Shown here: positions 1 through 9,677 of the stretch, piece by piece
Layout: the number at the start of each line of letters is the position of its first letter
How positions within the stretch are numbered: the first letter of the stretch is position 1
Assembly: GCA_050246815.1 (NCBI GenBank)
Contig: JBFWVI010000001.1
Span: forward strand, 3,433-67,432
Source of the DNA: Bdellovibrionales bacterium
Lineage (GTDB): Bacteria; Bdellovibrionota; Bdellovibrionia; Bdellovibrionales; UBA1609
DNA: 64,000 nt
Direction: 5' to 3'
Translations under genes and position numbers: made by a program
Notes under the pieces: model-generated
What the model was told of the DNA's origin: nothing
What the model saw: the letters and a program-made list of their open reading frames with translations, nothing else
The model's database searches: none

Positions 1-1
1 G

Positions 2-133
2 ACCATGGTTGTGAAACACAAAGCGGGTGGTGAAGACAAGATTCAGTTGAATCACTCGTTCAACGCCGAGCAGATCAAGTGGTTCAAAGCAGGTTCGGCC
101 TTGAACCTGCTTCGCCAGCAGGTCATCCACTAA
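2..133 (+). CDS. acnA: Aconitate hydratase, C-terminal fragment (mitochondrial-type), 5' truncated by the window
   Basis: Frame 2 reads TMVVKHKAGGEDKIQLNHSFNAEQIKWFKAGSALNLLRQQVIH*; the WFKAGSALN end is typical of mitochondrial-type aconitases. Confidence 0.85.
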   Translation, partial: TMVVKHKAGGEDKIQLNHSFNAEQIKWFKAGSALNLLRQQVIH

Positions 134-139
134 TAACAA

Positions 140-168
140 CCGAGGCTCATGATCAGTCACGGCCTCGG
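140..168. terminator. Hairpin between the convergent aconitase and peptidase genes, possible terminator
   Basis: CCGAGGC...GCCTCGG inverted repeat; followed by TTGTTATT on the minus strand. Confidence 0.35.
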
Positions 169-366
169 CGACTGTGGCTGACCTCCGTTCTCAGGTCTCT
201 GGCTTCGGGCCACTGGCCCCTGGCGGCGGGCACCGTTGCCGTTTGTTGGTGGGTCTAGTTGTTTCTTTGCTGCTTCATGGGCTTTGGTGGGCGGGGCAGC
301 AAACACTGATCACTTAATTTAAAGCCGCATTCGGGAGGGACTTGAGCCCTTCGCCGAGTTTCGTCG

Positions 367-2712
367 CTAATTTTTAATCGGATCAAAATTGGCTTTGGCG
401 GTCAGCCAAAGATCGCACGGATCGGCCATGCGCATATCCATCGCGACATCTTTTAAAACTTCCGCCAATCGCGCCGATAGATCCAAGATCGATTCTTTGT
501 CTTGCAGGCGGGGGACGTTTTGCATTTCTTTAAGACGATTGCGAACTTCATCGCGGCGCCACAGGGTGCTCAAAATGCGATCATGCATCAAAAGACTATT
601 GGGGATCGGGAAAATCAAACGTCGCCAATCTTCGGGCTTAAGATCTTTGATTTCTTTGGCGGCAGTCGTTAACTCTTCGCTCAGTTGGCCGTAGGCACGC
701 TGCAAATCAGCAGCACCAGCGTTAAGATCTGCTTCGGCGTTGGTGAAGGCCGTGTTTTTGCGGAACTTTTCCAGCAGGTCGGCCAAGGGTTTGATTCTTT
801 TTTCGGCGGCTTCGTCTTTGGCTCGTTTGTCATAACGTTCTGTCAAAGCTTTTTTGATCTCATCTTCACCCTTTTTATCAACCAGGTTCACAGCCACGGT
901 CAGGATATCGTCTGCATAATCCTTAAAGTCATCCATCAAATCGGCGTGGCCGATTTCGCGGTACAGGTTCGGCACCGTGCCTACGCCCTCAATGGGCCAA
1001 CCGTCGGAACGCTGGCAGTAGCCACTGGTGCAGCGAAATGACATTTCTGAGCCTGGCATCGAGTCGATGCTTCGATAAACCGGTCCACCTAAACCTTTGC
1101 TGGTGTCACCAAACACCAAAATGCCGTTGGACTGAGCTTCGGCGGGCACAAAGTCACCACCACTGGCGGAGCGGCGGTCGCTGACGACGAACCACGGTAG
1201 TTTATTTTTTACGTTCAAGTCTTGCACTAAGAGGCCCGGTCCTTGCTTGAGAAAGAGGTTGGTGAAAGCGGGTTTTAGCCCTGTCCATTTTTTTCCTTCC
1301 TTGAACATACGTTCAAGCTCTTCTTGCGCCAGTTGTTCAAGGCGATCTTCGCCCCAGTTCAAAGGACGATCTTTTTCAGAGTCGCGTCGGGCTTCCGTCG
1401 TAAAAGTGCTATAGGCCAAGGTTTCAGAAAGGCGACTATTAATTTGCACAGACCGCATGGAGGGCTGACCCATCAGCATTTCCAGTAGTCGTATGGTGTA
1501 GTACACTGAGCCGCCGCTGTTGATGCCCACATCCAACACCACCACATCGGCGATATTTTGAAAACGGTTCAGCACTTCACCGATCCAAGCCAATTCGTTG
1601 TTTTGTGCAGCTCCGTTATAAGAGGGGATTCGCAGCACGGCCACCATTTTGCCTTGGTGGCGAACCACGTAGGCCTGCAAGCGCTTAACAGGGGTCAACT
1701 GGCCCAAAGATCTTCCATCAACTCCGACTTGCAGTCTAGCTTGATCCGCCGAACTTTCTTCTGTTGTTGATTCGACGCTTTTGTTCGCCGAGGCCTCACC
1801 GCCCGAAGTTTTCTTCTTTTGGGTGCTAATCTCAGAGTTCACGATCTCGCCAATGTCGATGATCGAGCCCGGGGGCAGCTTTTTAGCAAGCAGACCTTTA
1901 CGCAAGAGGCTTCGGACAGTGCCGGCAACTCCGAAGGGGGCTTCAACATCTTCTTTGAAAATATTGGCTAGACGCATGTCGAAAGAATTGTTGTGGCGAT
2001 TTTTTTCGCTTTGGAAGTCGTGAATGGCCAACCAGTTCAGGTGGGCTTCAAAAGTTTTATCGCCGCGGCCAAATTCCACCACAACCGTATCGCCCTCTTT
2101 CGGCACCCGATTATTGTAAGCTGAAGCTGTTAAAAGGGATTCCATGGCTCCCATCTGACGGGCATCAAAAGTTCCGTTTTGCTGATAGAGCATTCTTTGC
2201 TCAGTCAGGCGGGCGACGGGCACGTGGTTGATTTTTAGCACTTCATCGCCTCTTTTAATTTCTTCAGCAGCCGCGTAGCGGTTGATCAGATCCTTGTTGA
2301 TGTCCGTGACATAAAGGCGGCCCTGAATCATGGCCGACACCAGGCCCAGTCCGTAAGACTCTTTGTTCTGGCGGCCGTTATTAACGTGGCCATCACGAAG
2401 CTCGGCGATCATGCCGATCATGAGCTGTTGAAACTCCACGCGCGACAAGATGTCACGGGGTTTGGGCATGCTAAAGCCGGCCTCTTCTTCTAAGGTGCGA
2501 GCTTCGTTGATCAATCGTGTGTATTTGGAACGAAGTCCATCGATCACCAGGCCGTACTCGTCATATTTGAATTGCGCCATGCCGTAGTGGGTGTCCAACT
2601 CGGTCAAAAACGCTTCCATGGCACTGAGCTGTTGGCGTTTGGTTTCAAGGGCGAACACTGGCGGTGCCAGCAGGGAAACCGCGAGCAACAAAATCGACAG
2701 GATGAACTTCAT
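367..2712 (-). CDS. Exported S41-family serine protease with PDZ region, CPAF-like
   Basis: Signal peptide; LRDGH, NSGGS and SASGGD (catalytic Ser region); IEGVGTVPN resembles the S41/CPAF C-terminal motif; GDEVLKIN is PDZ-like. Confidence 0.8.
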   Translation of the reverse strand: MKFILSILLLAVSLLAPPVFALETKRQQLSAMEAFLTELDTHYGMAQFKYDEYGLVIDGLRSKYTRLINEARTLEEEAGFSMPKPRDILSRVEFQQLMIGMIAELRDGHVNNGRQNKESYGLGLVSAMIQGRLYVTDINKDLINRYAAAEEIKRGDEVLKINHVPVARLTEQRMLYQQNGTFDARQMGAMESLLTASAYNNRVPKEGDTVVVEFGRGDKTFEAHLNWLAIHDFQSEKNRHNNSFDMRLANIFKEDVEAPFGVAGTVRSLLRKGLLAKKLPPGSIIDIGEIVNSEISTQKKKTSGGEASANKSVESTTEESSADQARLQVGVDGRSLGQLTPVKRLQAYVVRHQGKMVAVLRIPSYNGAAQNNELAWIGEVLNRFQNIADVVVLDVGINSGGSVYYTIRLLEMLMGQPSMRSVQINSRLSETLAYSTFTTEARRDSEKDRPLNWGEDRLEQLAQEELERMFKEGKKWTGLKPAFTNLFLKQGPGLLVQDLNVKNKLPWFVVSDRRSASGGDFVPAEAQSNGILVFGDTSKGLGGPVYRSIDSMPGSEMSFRCTSGYCQRSDGWPIEGVGTVPNLYREIGHADLMDDFKDYADDILTVAVNLVDKKGEDEIKKALTERYDKRAKDEAAEKRIKPLADLLEKFRKNTAFTNAEADLNAGAADLQRAYGQLSEELTTAAKEIKDLKPEDWRRLIFPIPNSLLMHDRILSTLWRRDEVRNRLKEMQNVPRLQDKESILDLSARLAEVLKDVAMDMRMADPCDLWLTAKANFDPIKN

Positions 2713-2840
2713 AAAAACCCTCCGCCCAATGAATGAACATGAGAGAGTTTTTTACCTGTTCAGAGTGCGGGTGGTCAATTTATGGAACCAGACAACTTAT
2801 ACAAAACACCCAGGAATTTTTACGCCATCTCGGGGCACTC

Positions 2841-5627
2841 TTACCTCTGCAGTTGATCGCGCATTTTCGCCGAGTCGGTAAGCCATTCGTCGCAGGGGTT
2901 TTCAACGGTGCCCTTGATTACGGTCAAGTGAGGTGCCGATGGTCGCAGGTAGCGGCTTGCAACTTCGCGGATTTCCTTGATGCTGAGACCTTTTAAAACA
3001 GGAACCAGCAGGTTCGAATAGAAGGGGTGGCCAACATCCATGAAAAATGTGTGCATGTTATGAAGCGCTTTTGAACTTTCATCGAATTCTTGTTCAAAAT
3101 AGGCAACTCGACCCGCGAGCGTCTTTTCAATTTCTTCATCTGTGATTTGGCCGTTTTGCCAAGCTTCGCGAGCGGCAAACCAGCCTTGCTGCACGCGTCT
3201 AAGCTGTTCTTGGTCATTGGCCTGGCCATAAAACTGAAGATGACTGTCGAGCAGGGTGTTGTTGTGTGAGCCCACTCCTTGAACATACCCATAATCCCGG
3301 TTGGCGATAAACACCCGGTCATGCAACAGGCTGCGAACCACGGCCAAGGCTGCGCGTTCACGAATGCGGCTGGGGGCCGCAATGGGCAGCAGTTGCACGG
3401 CGCCTACGCCATCCTGACCGGACTGCCCTTTCCACGGCTCAAAGTAGGTCTGATTTTTTTGCACGCTCAAGCGTCTTTCAATGCTTGAACCGCTGTCAGC
3501 AGTTAGGTCTTGCGGCGAGATCCTTCGCGCAATCGATTGGCTAAAGTGCACTTCAGATTCATAAAAGTTTCCGGCTAGAACCAGGATTTTTTTGCTTTTC
3601 AGCAGTTGTTTTTCACGCAATTGTCGAATCGATTCGATATTGACCAGAGCAAGCGCATTTTCTCGGTCTTCCAGCCTTAGACCCTCATTTTTGCTGAGCA
3701 GATCGCGGGCGGTGTCCATCGCCACTTCTCCCGGAAACCCAAACTCGACTTCACGATAATTTTGTTTAAACATGTGCATCACTTTTTTAAGAACTTGTGG
3801 GTTCGGGTTATAGGCCAACAGTTTTTCAGCCAACCATTTGAGAGCTGAAAGTTGCATGGGGCCAAGACCGGTCACATCTAATGCTAAGCTATCTAATTTT
3901 GCTTTTAAGCTCGTTGTAAATCCTAGCGCATATAGGTTTTTCAGCTCGGGGGCAAACTCAAGATTGAAGCAACTGACCCACGCATGCAAAGACATGACAT
4001 CCAAGGCGGTCAGTGAACTGAACTTCAAGTGAACCCGAAGGCTGCGCTCTTTCCAATCGGGCGACACGGTTTGCAGCACCGACCAACCGTCGGCTAGTTC
4101 GCGCCAGCTTCGTGTTTTGAGCAAAGGACTTTCTGCTAAGACCAGCGGTTCAAGTTGAACATTCGGCGCTAGGACCGTGGCCGGTTCAATGGGCAAGCCA
4201 ATCGGGAACAGCGTACTCGCCTCTAGCGCGCGTCGCTTGTAGGGGACCTTGTAAACAGGGTCTCGCTGGGCGCCTTTGATTTTGGTGGGCCCCTGATAGA
4301 CCACAAGCAATCGGTTAAAATCCAGAGCTTGAGCACCGGCTAAGACGTTTTCGGGAATATGCTCTTGAATTCTGCTTTGCCAGTTGCCCATGACCAAAGA
4401 GTGTTCATGCCCCGAAGTCAACCAACCCGGGTAGCTCTTGATCAGATAGTCCAAGTCGAACTGCTTTCGAACTCTCACTCTTTCAAAACTTTGACGGACT
4501 TTGGCCAAAACCGCTTCTGGTAGTCGTTGTTTTTGGTATTTTTTGATTGCGCTGATCAGGGTTTGAACCACTTTGTCGCGATTTTTATATCCTGTTGGAG
4601 TAAGTCCAAAGAAAAAGCCCAGAACACGATGGGCGCCCAGACGCGTGGTCCACGAAGATAGAGAAGAGATCCAATTCTTCTCCATTGTTAAATAATTTTC
4701 TATTCCACCTCGATAAGATTCAGAAAATGAATGTGCGAAAATTTCCACCAGATTGATGTCGACGTGTGCCGGAAGGCTGAAATAAATCACGCCTGTAGGC
4801 TCAGTTTCAGTCTGAATTTCAAGAATCTGTGGTCCTTGTTGAATATCGAAAAGGGGGCCGGATGGAATTTTAAGTTGCATTTCTTGTCGCTTAAAATTCT
4901 GCGGCAGATAGTCTTTCAAGGCCTGCAGAATTTGCGGTCGGGTCCATTTTCCTGAAGTGAAGTTGCCAAAGACAGCCAATCGAACAATGCCCGGGCGGTA
5001 AACTTGTCGATGCAGTTCGTGCAAGTCAGCCGCAGACATCGGGACCAAAGTCGTCAAGTCACCCAAGGGATAGCCATGCAAAGAGTGTCCTGGAGGAACA
5101 GCAACGGCCGTAGGCAGAATAAAGATAGAGCGCTCGGGATCGTTGGGCGCGGTGTCCACGACTTCGTTGATGACGGTTTTTTTCTCGCGTGCAAACGAGG
5201 ATTCTTCCAGTTCCAGCCCTTCTAAAGAGGACAAAGTCATTTCAAGTGCCTCTAAGGCGTTTTTCTCGTGTCCTTGGGCATAATACGCAGTGTAATCCAT
5301 GCCGGTTTCAGCATTGTCAAAGTAGCCAAGGGACGACATTTTTTCAGTCATGGTTTCATGTCCCGGGAATTTCAACGAGCCACGGCCCATCATGTGTTCA
5401 AATAAATGGGCACGGCCGAACATTCGGGGCGGGTCATCCGCAGAGCCATAAGGGACAGCGAAGGTAAAACCGAACTGATTTCCTTGCTGCAAATCAACTA
5501 AGTAGACGTCGTAACCGTTGACCTGTTCCCAGCTCACTTGAGGTGATTCGGCTTGGACATGAGTCGCGCTAAGCAGATTGAAGACAACAAGACAAAGGCC
5601 AGCCAGTACTTGCTTTGATGACGTCAT
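2841..5627 (-). CDS. Exported M16 (insulinase/pitrilysin) zinc peptidase
   Basis: Inverted zinc motif HLFEH, NAETG..YT.Y; start moved to ATG 5627 after a GGAGGA RBS, giving a signal peptide. Confidence 0.85.
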   Translation of the reverse strand: MTSSKQVLAGLCLVVFNLLSATHVQAESPQVSWEQVNGYDVYLVDLQQGNQFGFTFAVPYGSADDPPRMFGRAHLFEHMMGRGSLKFPGHETMTEKMSSLGYFDNAETGMDYTAYYAQGHEKNALEALEMTLSSLEGLELEESSFAREKKTVINEVVDTAPNDPERSIFILPTAVAVPPGHSLHGYPLGDLTTLVPMSAADLHELHRQVYRPGIVRLAVFGNFTSGKWTRPQILQALKDYLPQNFKRQEMQLKIPSGPLFDIQQGPQILEIQTETEPTGVIYFSLPAHVDINLVEIFAHSFSESYRGGIENYLTMEKNWISSLSSWTTRLGAHRVLGFFFGLTPTGYKNRDKVVQTLISAIKKYQKQRLPEAVLAKVRQSFERVRVRKQFDLDYLIKSYPGWLTSGHEHSLVMGNWQSRIQEHIPENVLAGAQALDFNRLLVVYQGPTKIKGAQRDPVYKVPYKRRALEASTLFPIGLPIEPATVLAPNVQLEPLVLAESPLLKTRSWRELADGWSVLQTVSPDWKERSLRVHLKFSSLTALDVMSLHAWVSCFNLEFAPELKNLYALGFTTSLKAKLDSLALDVTGLGPMQLSALKWLAEKLLAYNPNPQVLKKVMHMFKQNYREVEFGFPGEVAMDTARDLLSKNEGLRLEDRENALALVNIESIRQLREKQLLKSKKILVLAGNFYESEVHFSQSIARRISPQDLTADSGSSIERRLSVQKNQTYFEPWKGQSGQDGVGAVQLLPIAAPSRIRERAALAVVRSLLHDRVFIANRDYGYVQGVGSHNNTLLDSHLQFYGQANDQEQLRRVQQGWFAAREAWQNGQITDEEIEKTLAGRVAYFEQEFDESSKALHNMHTFFMDVGHPFYSNLLVPVLKGLSIKEIREVASRYLRPSAPHLTVIKGTVENPCDEWLTDSAKMRDQLQR

Positions 5628-5717
5628 GATTCCTCCAAGGCGCTCGAATCTAGGAGGTGTGACGAGCAATGTCAAAGTCAGGGCCTTAGAAAGATTTCAG
5701 TCTAAGACCCTATTTTT

Positions 5718-8399
5718 TTACGGAGTTTGGCTTTGTTTCACGCCTTTTTCTGCAAGACCTACGATCTTGCGGCAGCGTTCGCCTTCTTGTGCGGATATTC
5801 GCAAGTTTTTACGGATCACAGGCTGCAGATTGGTCTCTTTGTCCAAGAAGGCCAAGGTTTTGCCCGCGCTAGTGTCGGAACATTCGCTGGGAGCTAGACG
5901 AGTGAACAATCCCGCCACAAAGTTATCTTTGCTTTGGTTGATCACTTTTAAATCTTGAAAGAATTGCTCACTAAATTGCTCGCGCAGATTGTCTTGATTG
6001 TATGGGAATAGGCCGCGAAAAGCAGAACGCAGTTGCGAAAAGCTATAGGTCGACTTGGGTAGCTTGTATTCGTTGATCCATTTTATTTTTTCATCCCAAA
6101 GCGGGCGGGCGGCTAGACTCGCGATTTTTTGTTCGACACCTTCGCTTGAGGGATCGCGTTTTGATTCACTTTCGATCAGCGCCAAGGACTCCGGATCATT
6201 GTAACGGCTTAAGGTGTGGATCAATTTCCAGCGACGGTCTTGATCAAGTTTAAAGCCGAAAAGTTTTTCTTGGCCTTTCAACAATCGTTTGATTTGGCCT
6301 AGGCCCCACGCGCTTGATGTCAAATTAGTTATGCCATCAAACCAAACAAGTTGATCATTGCTGCCAGCCTGGGCCGCTTTTAGGCGTTTCCAAATGAGTT
6401 GATCCAAACGTTCGCCAAACGCCTTGAATTCGTTGCCTTTTAGACTTGGCGTTTGCTGAAAGTAACCTAAAATTGAACTGGTGTTGTAAGCCAAGTGGCC
6501 CAAGATCAGATCATCATTTTCTTTGTCCAGGGCCTCTGGCACCAGCAGGTCGGCGTAGCTGATGTAGTTGAGCTCGGCGTCGCGAACTTTATCCCAAAGG
6601 GCGTACCAAAGTTGGTGGCGCAACATGGCGCTTTGCACCTCGTTCAATGAACGTTTCAACCCTTCCACCGAGCGGTCATCCAGTCGCACTTTGATGTAAC
6701 CGTGGTCATTTAAATTGGGATACACAACAGCCGGGCAAGTCTTGCCGATCGCGGCGGTGACGTAGGTGGTGGGCTCACTGATTTCAAGCCGGATGGTATC
6801 ATTGACTTTGAGTGCGCCGTTTTCACGCGTCAAGAGCGCGATTTCGAAAGCGTGGGGGCGCATGGTGGAATCACCACTGGCCGTGTTTTGCAAAATGGCG
6901 AATTGGCTGATGCGGCCGTCACGACAATCAAATTGCGCAGCCACCGAGTTGACGCCCGAGGTTTCGAACCACAGGCGCTTCCAAGTGTCCAAGTCACGAT
7001 GCGAGGCCTCGCTCATGGCATTCATGAAGTCACGGTATTCCGTGTTTTTCTCGGCGTAGCGGTCGAAGTAAATCTTCAGGCCCTTTTTGAAGTTCTCTTC
7101 ACCGATGGTGTAAGAGAGTTGTTTCAAGACGGCCGCGCCCTTGCCGTACGTGATACCGTCAAAGGCGGTGAAGGCATCATCGGTGTTGTCCACTTTGGCC
7201 ACGATGGGGTGGGTGGTGACCATTTGGTCTTCGTAATAAGCCCAGCTTTTGCCAGCAAAGAATTGGTGCCAGGCTTCTTTAAATTCGGGTGAAGCCGCCA
7301 AAGCCACTGACGACATGTAAGTGGCAAAGGATTCATTCAGCCAAAGGTCGCCCCACCAGCGCATAGTGACAAGGTTGCCAAACCACATGTGGGCCATTTC
7401 GTGCAATATAGTGATGGCCAAGCCCCGTTGTTGGCCCCGAGTTTTAGTTCCGCGCGAGGTAAAACGTTCAGTGAAGGTCACCGCAGCCACGTTTTCCATG
7501 GCGCCAGCATTGAACTCTGGCACCATCAGCTGGTCGTACTTTTTATAAGGGTATTCTGTGCCGAAATACTTTTCGAAGAAATCAAAGCCATGGCGTGTGA
7601 TTGGAAACCACTCTTTGACTTTCACGTAAGGAGCCAAAGATTTGCGCGCAAACAGTCGCAGCGGAATACGAAAGCCTTTATCCTCCCACTTGGCGAAGGG
7701 GCCTGCGTGCAGCGGAAAAATATAAGTGCTAAAGCGCGCCGAGCGCGGAAAGTTCCAGCGCTTTAAACCATTGCCTTCGGGTTGCACTGAGGTTTCGAGG
7801 GTGGAGGTCACCACTTCCCAATGTTTAGGTGCCAGCACTTTTAAAGTGAAGGTACCCTTCAAGTCAGGCTGATCAAAACAGGGAAAGAAACGGTTTGCAT
7901 CGTACGGTTCAAAGTCGGTGTAGAGATAGGTTTGCTTGTCGACAGGATCAATAAAGCGGGTCAGGCCACGGCCTTGGCGGCTATACTCTTGATTAAAATC
8001 CACTTCCAAACGCTGCGGTCCTTTTTTGATTTCAACTCCGGGAATGACTAAAAAATGTTTATTCGCTTTGATTTCGAGAGGTTTGCCGTTCAGTGCCAAC
8101 CGCGTCACAGTTCCGTCAGCGAAATCCAGCCGCAAATCGCGGCCGCTCGCGAGCGCGTTGAAGGTGATGACCTCGCGGCCGCTGTAGCGGTCTCCGGGTT
8201 GGCTTAAATCCACATCCAATTCGTAGTCGACATCGGCAATTTGTTTGGCGCGTACGGCGGCGTCCACGGCGCTAAGCGAGGGTGTTTGCGATTTGCCAGG
8301 GGCTTTGGTTTCTTTTTTCGCATCGTGAGCGCAGCGAAGTGAAAACGCCGTCAATAAACCAATGGTGATGACACCTAAAAAACGCGACAAGGTCCGCAT
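5718..8399 (-). CDS. pepN: Aminopeptidase N (M1 family), exported, possibly a lipoprotein
   Basis: GAMEN and HEMAH..WFG..W.DLWLNESFA motifs, FPCFDQPDLK, YGKG; hydrophobic N-terminus with Cys. Confidence 0.92.
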   Translation of the reverse strand: MRTLSRFLGVITIGLLTAFSLRCAHDAKKETKAPGKSQTPSLSAVDAAVRAKQIADVDYELDVDLSQPGDRYSGREVITFNALASGRDLRLDFADGTVTRLALNGKPLEIKANKHFLVIPGVEIKKGPQRLEVDFNQEYSRQGRGLTRFIDPVDKQTYLYTDFEPYDANRFFPCFDQPDLKGTFTLKVLAPKHWEVVTSTLETSVQPEGNGLKRWNFPRSARFSTYIFPLHAGPFAKWEDKGFRIPLRLFARKSLAPYVKVKEWFPITRHGFDFFEKYFGTEYPYKKYDQLMVPEFNAGAMENVAAVTFTERFTSRGTKTRGQQRGLAITILHEMAHMWFGNLVTMRWWGDLWLNESFATYMSSVALAASPEFKEAWHQFFAGKSWAYYEDQMVTTHPIVAKVDNTDDAFTAFDGITYGKGAAVLKQLSYTIGEENFKKGLKIYFDRYAEKNTEYRDFMNAMSEASHRDLDTWKRLWFETSGVNSVAAQFDCRDGRISQFAILQNTASGDSTMRPHAFEIALLTRENGALKVNDTIRLEISEPTTYVTAAIGKTCPAVVYPNLNDHGYIKVRLDDRSVEGLKRSLNEVQSAMLRHQLWYALWDKVRDAELNYISYADLLVPEALDKENDDLILGHLAYNTSSILGYFQQTPSLKGNEFKAFGERLDQLIWKRLKAAQAGSNDQLVWFDGITNLTSSAWGLGQIKRLLKGQEKLFGFKLDQDRRWKLIHTLSRYNDPESLALIESESKRDPSSEGVEQKIASLAARPLWDEKIKWINEYKLPKSTYSFSQLRSAFRGLFPYNQDNLREQFSEQFFQDLKVINQSKDNFVAGLFTRLAPSECSDTSAGKTLAFLDKETNLQPVIRKNLRISAQEGERCRKIVGLAEKGVKQSQTP

Positions 8400-8460
8400 A
8401 GATCCTCCCGATTAAAATAAACGTTTTCGATTAAAATGGTATTGTTCGAATGGGTCAAGA

Positions 8461-9009
8461 TCACTTCTGCACAGGCAGAAGATATTCGGTGAGCATCTTG
8501 CCGTCAGCCGTGAGGGTGTATATTTCGATGCTGGAAGTCGAGGGCTTAAGCTTATGCTGCTCGGCGAATTCCGTAAGTTTTGGGTACACTTTCCAGGGCC
8601 CAATGGCGGGTGAGCCCGTGAACTCCGCGCGCACGTAACGGCCTGCGGATAAGGTGGAGGCACTGATCTCAGGGGGCAAGGTCGCGGGATCAAGCGGCTG
8701 CTCCAATACACAACCGGCTTTCGACCGTAAGCGTCCTTCGTCAACTTGGCGCGGGTCATCAAGGTATTCACCAAATGTACGCGAGCAAGGAACTTGTTTA
8801 GATTTGGCCCATTCTTCCACTTGCACAATCACATTGTTGATTTGATGATAGGCACCGCGATGTGAGCGTGAAATCACTTGGACCTCAGGGCGTTCGACCA
8901 GCTCGACCAAAACAGGTTTGTAGCCACCCAAATAATAATACAAATAGGCGCCCAGGATAAAAAAGCCCAAAAAGACAGGCAGGGCGACTAGACGCCAAAG
9001 CCGCATCAC
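8461..9009 (-). CDS. Membrane-anchored GyrI-like small-molecule-binding protein
   Basis: N-terminal TM helix; HRGAY, FGEYLDDP and SIEIY patterns of the GyrI-like fold. Confidence 0.7.
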   Translation of the reverse strand: MMRLWRLVALPVFLGFFILGAYLYYYLGGYKPVLVELVERPEVQVISRSHRGAYHQINNVIVQVEEWAKSKQVPCSRTFGEYLDDPRQVDEGRLRSKAGCVLEQPLDPATLPPEISASTLSAGRYVRAEFTGSPAIGPWKVYPKLTEFAEQHKLKPSTSSIEIYTLTADGKMLTEYLLPVQK

Positions 9010-9521
9010 GGTTTTTCCTCCTGATTCGTGGTGTGAGGGGCGATGGTGAGCAAGCCGTAATTCAGGCTGAATCCTCGATCGGGATTACGAATTGAAACGA
9101 GCACCGTCCACTTTACGTTTTGGGACTCCACGTTCTGTGCGGACGCGAAAAGACGGGCATAAGGGTTTTGTGAGGAGAGCGGTGGCGTTGTGATGCGGGC
9201 CACTCGAAAAGAAGCAAAAAGGGATTGAACTTCATCCACCGGAATTGCCTCGATCAAAACGTCCAGCACATCGTCAGGATAAACCCCGCCGCCGCTTTGC
9301 CAGGAAGACAAGTGGACCGAAACCGGGTGGGAGGTTTTGTCACATTCAATGGCCCCGGTCCCGAGCCAAGAATCTGTGCCGTACATCCAAAAGACAGAGG
9401 TGTCGCCGTTGATTGTGGCCTTTAATTGGCATTGTTTGGCCACCTCGGCCCACGCCAGAGGCGAAGACGAAAGAAGGGCTATGGCGAAGAAGGCGCGGAA
9501 TAGGTGCACCAATTTTTTCAT
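9006..9521 (-). CDS. Secreted hypothetical protein
   Basis: Signal peptide ending AWA; Cys pair; 4-nt overlap with the next gene. Confidence 0.65.
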   Translation of the reverse strand: MKKLVHLFRAFFAIALLSSSPLAWAEVAKQCQLKATINGDTSVFWMYGTDSWLGTGAIECDKTSHPVSVHLSSWQSGGGVYPDDVLDVLIEAIPVDEVQSLFASFRVARITTPPLSSQNPYARLFASAQNVESQNVKWTVLVSIRNPDRGFSLNYGLLTIAPHTTNQEEKP

Positions 9522-9677
9522 GGATTCGAAGACCTCTCGAGTTTGGTTCTAGGCTTAAGCTCATCTGAGAGCAATCTGAAGTGTGATTTTTTCTTGCCTG
9601 TTTATAAAATAATCATTCCAGCGCAGCTAATCACGCTGCGCGTTGCCTTCCTTCATGCCCAAGGTTAGATCGGTTTT

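Noticed and set aside
158..307. Possible ~49-codon GTG-start ORF on the minus strand downstream of the S41 gene
   Set aside because: No RBS or motif, low-complexity product; coordinates approximate
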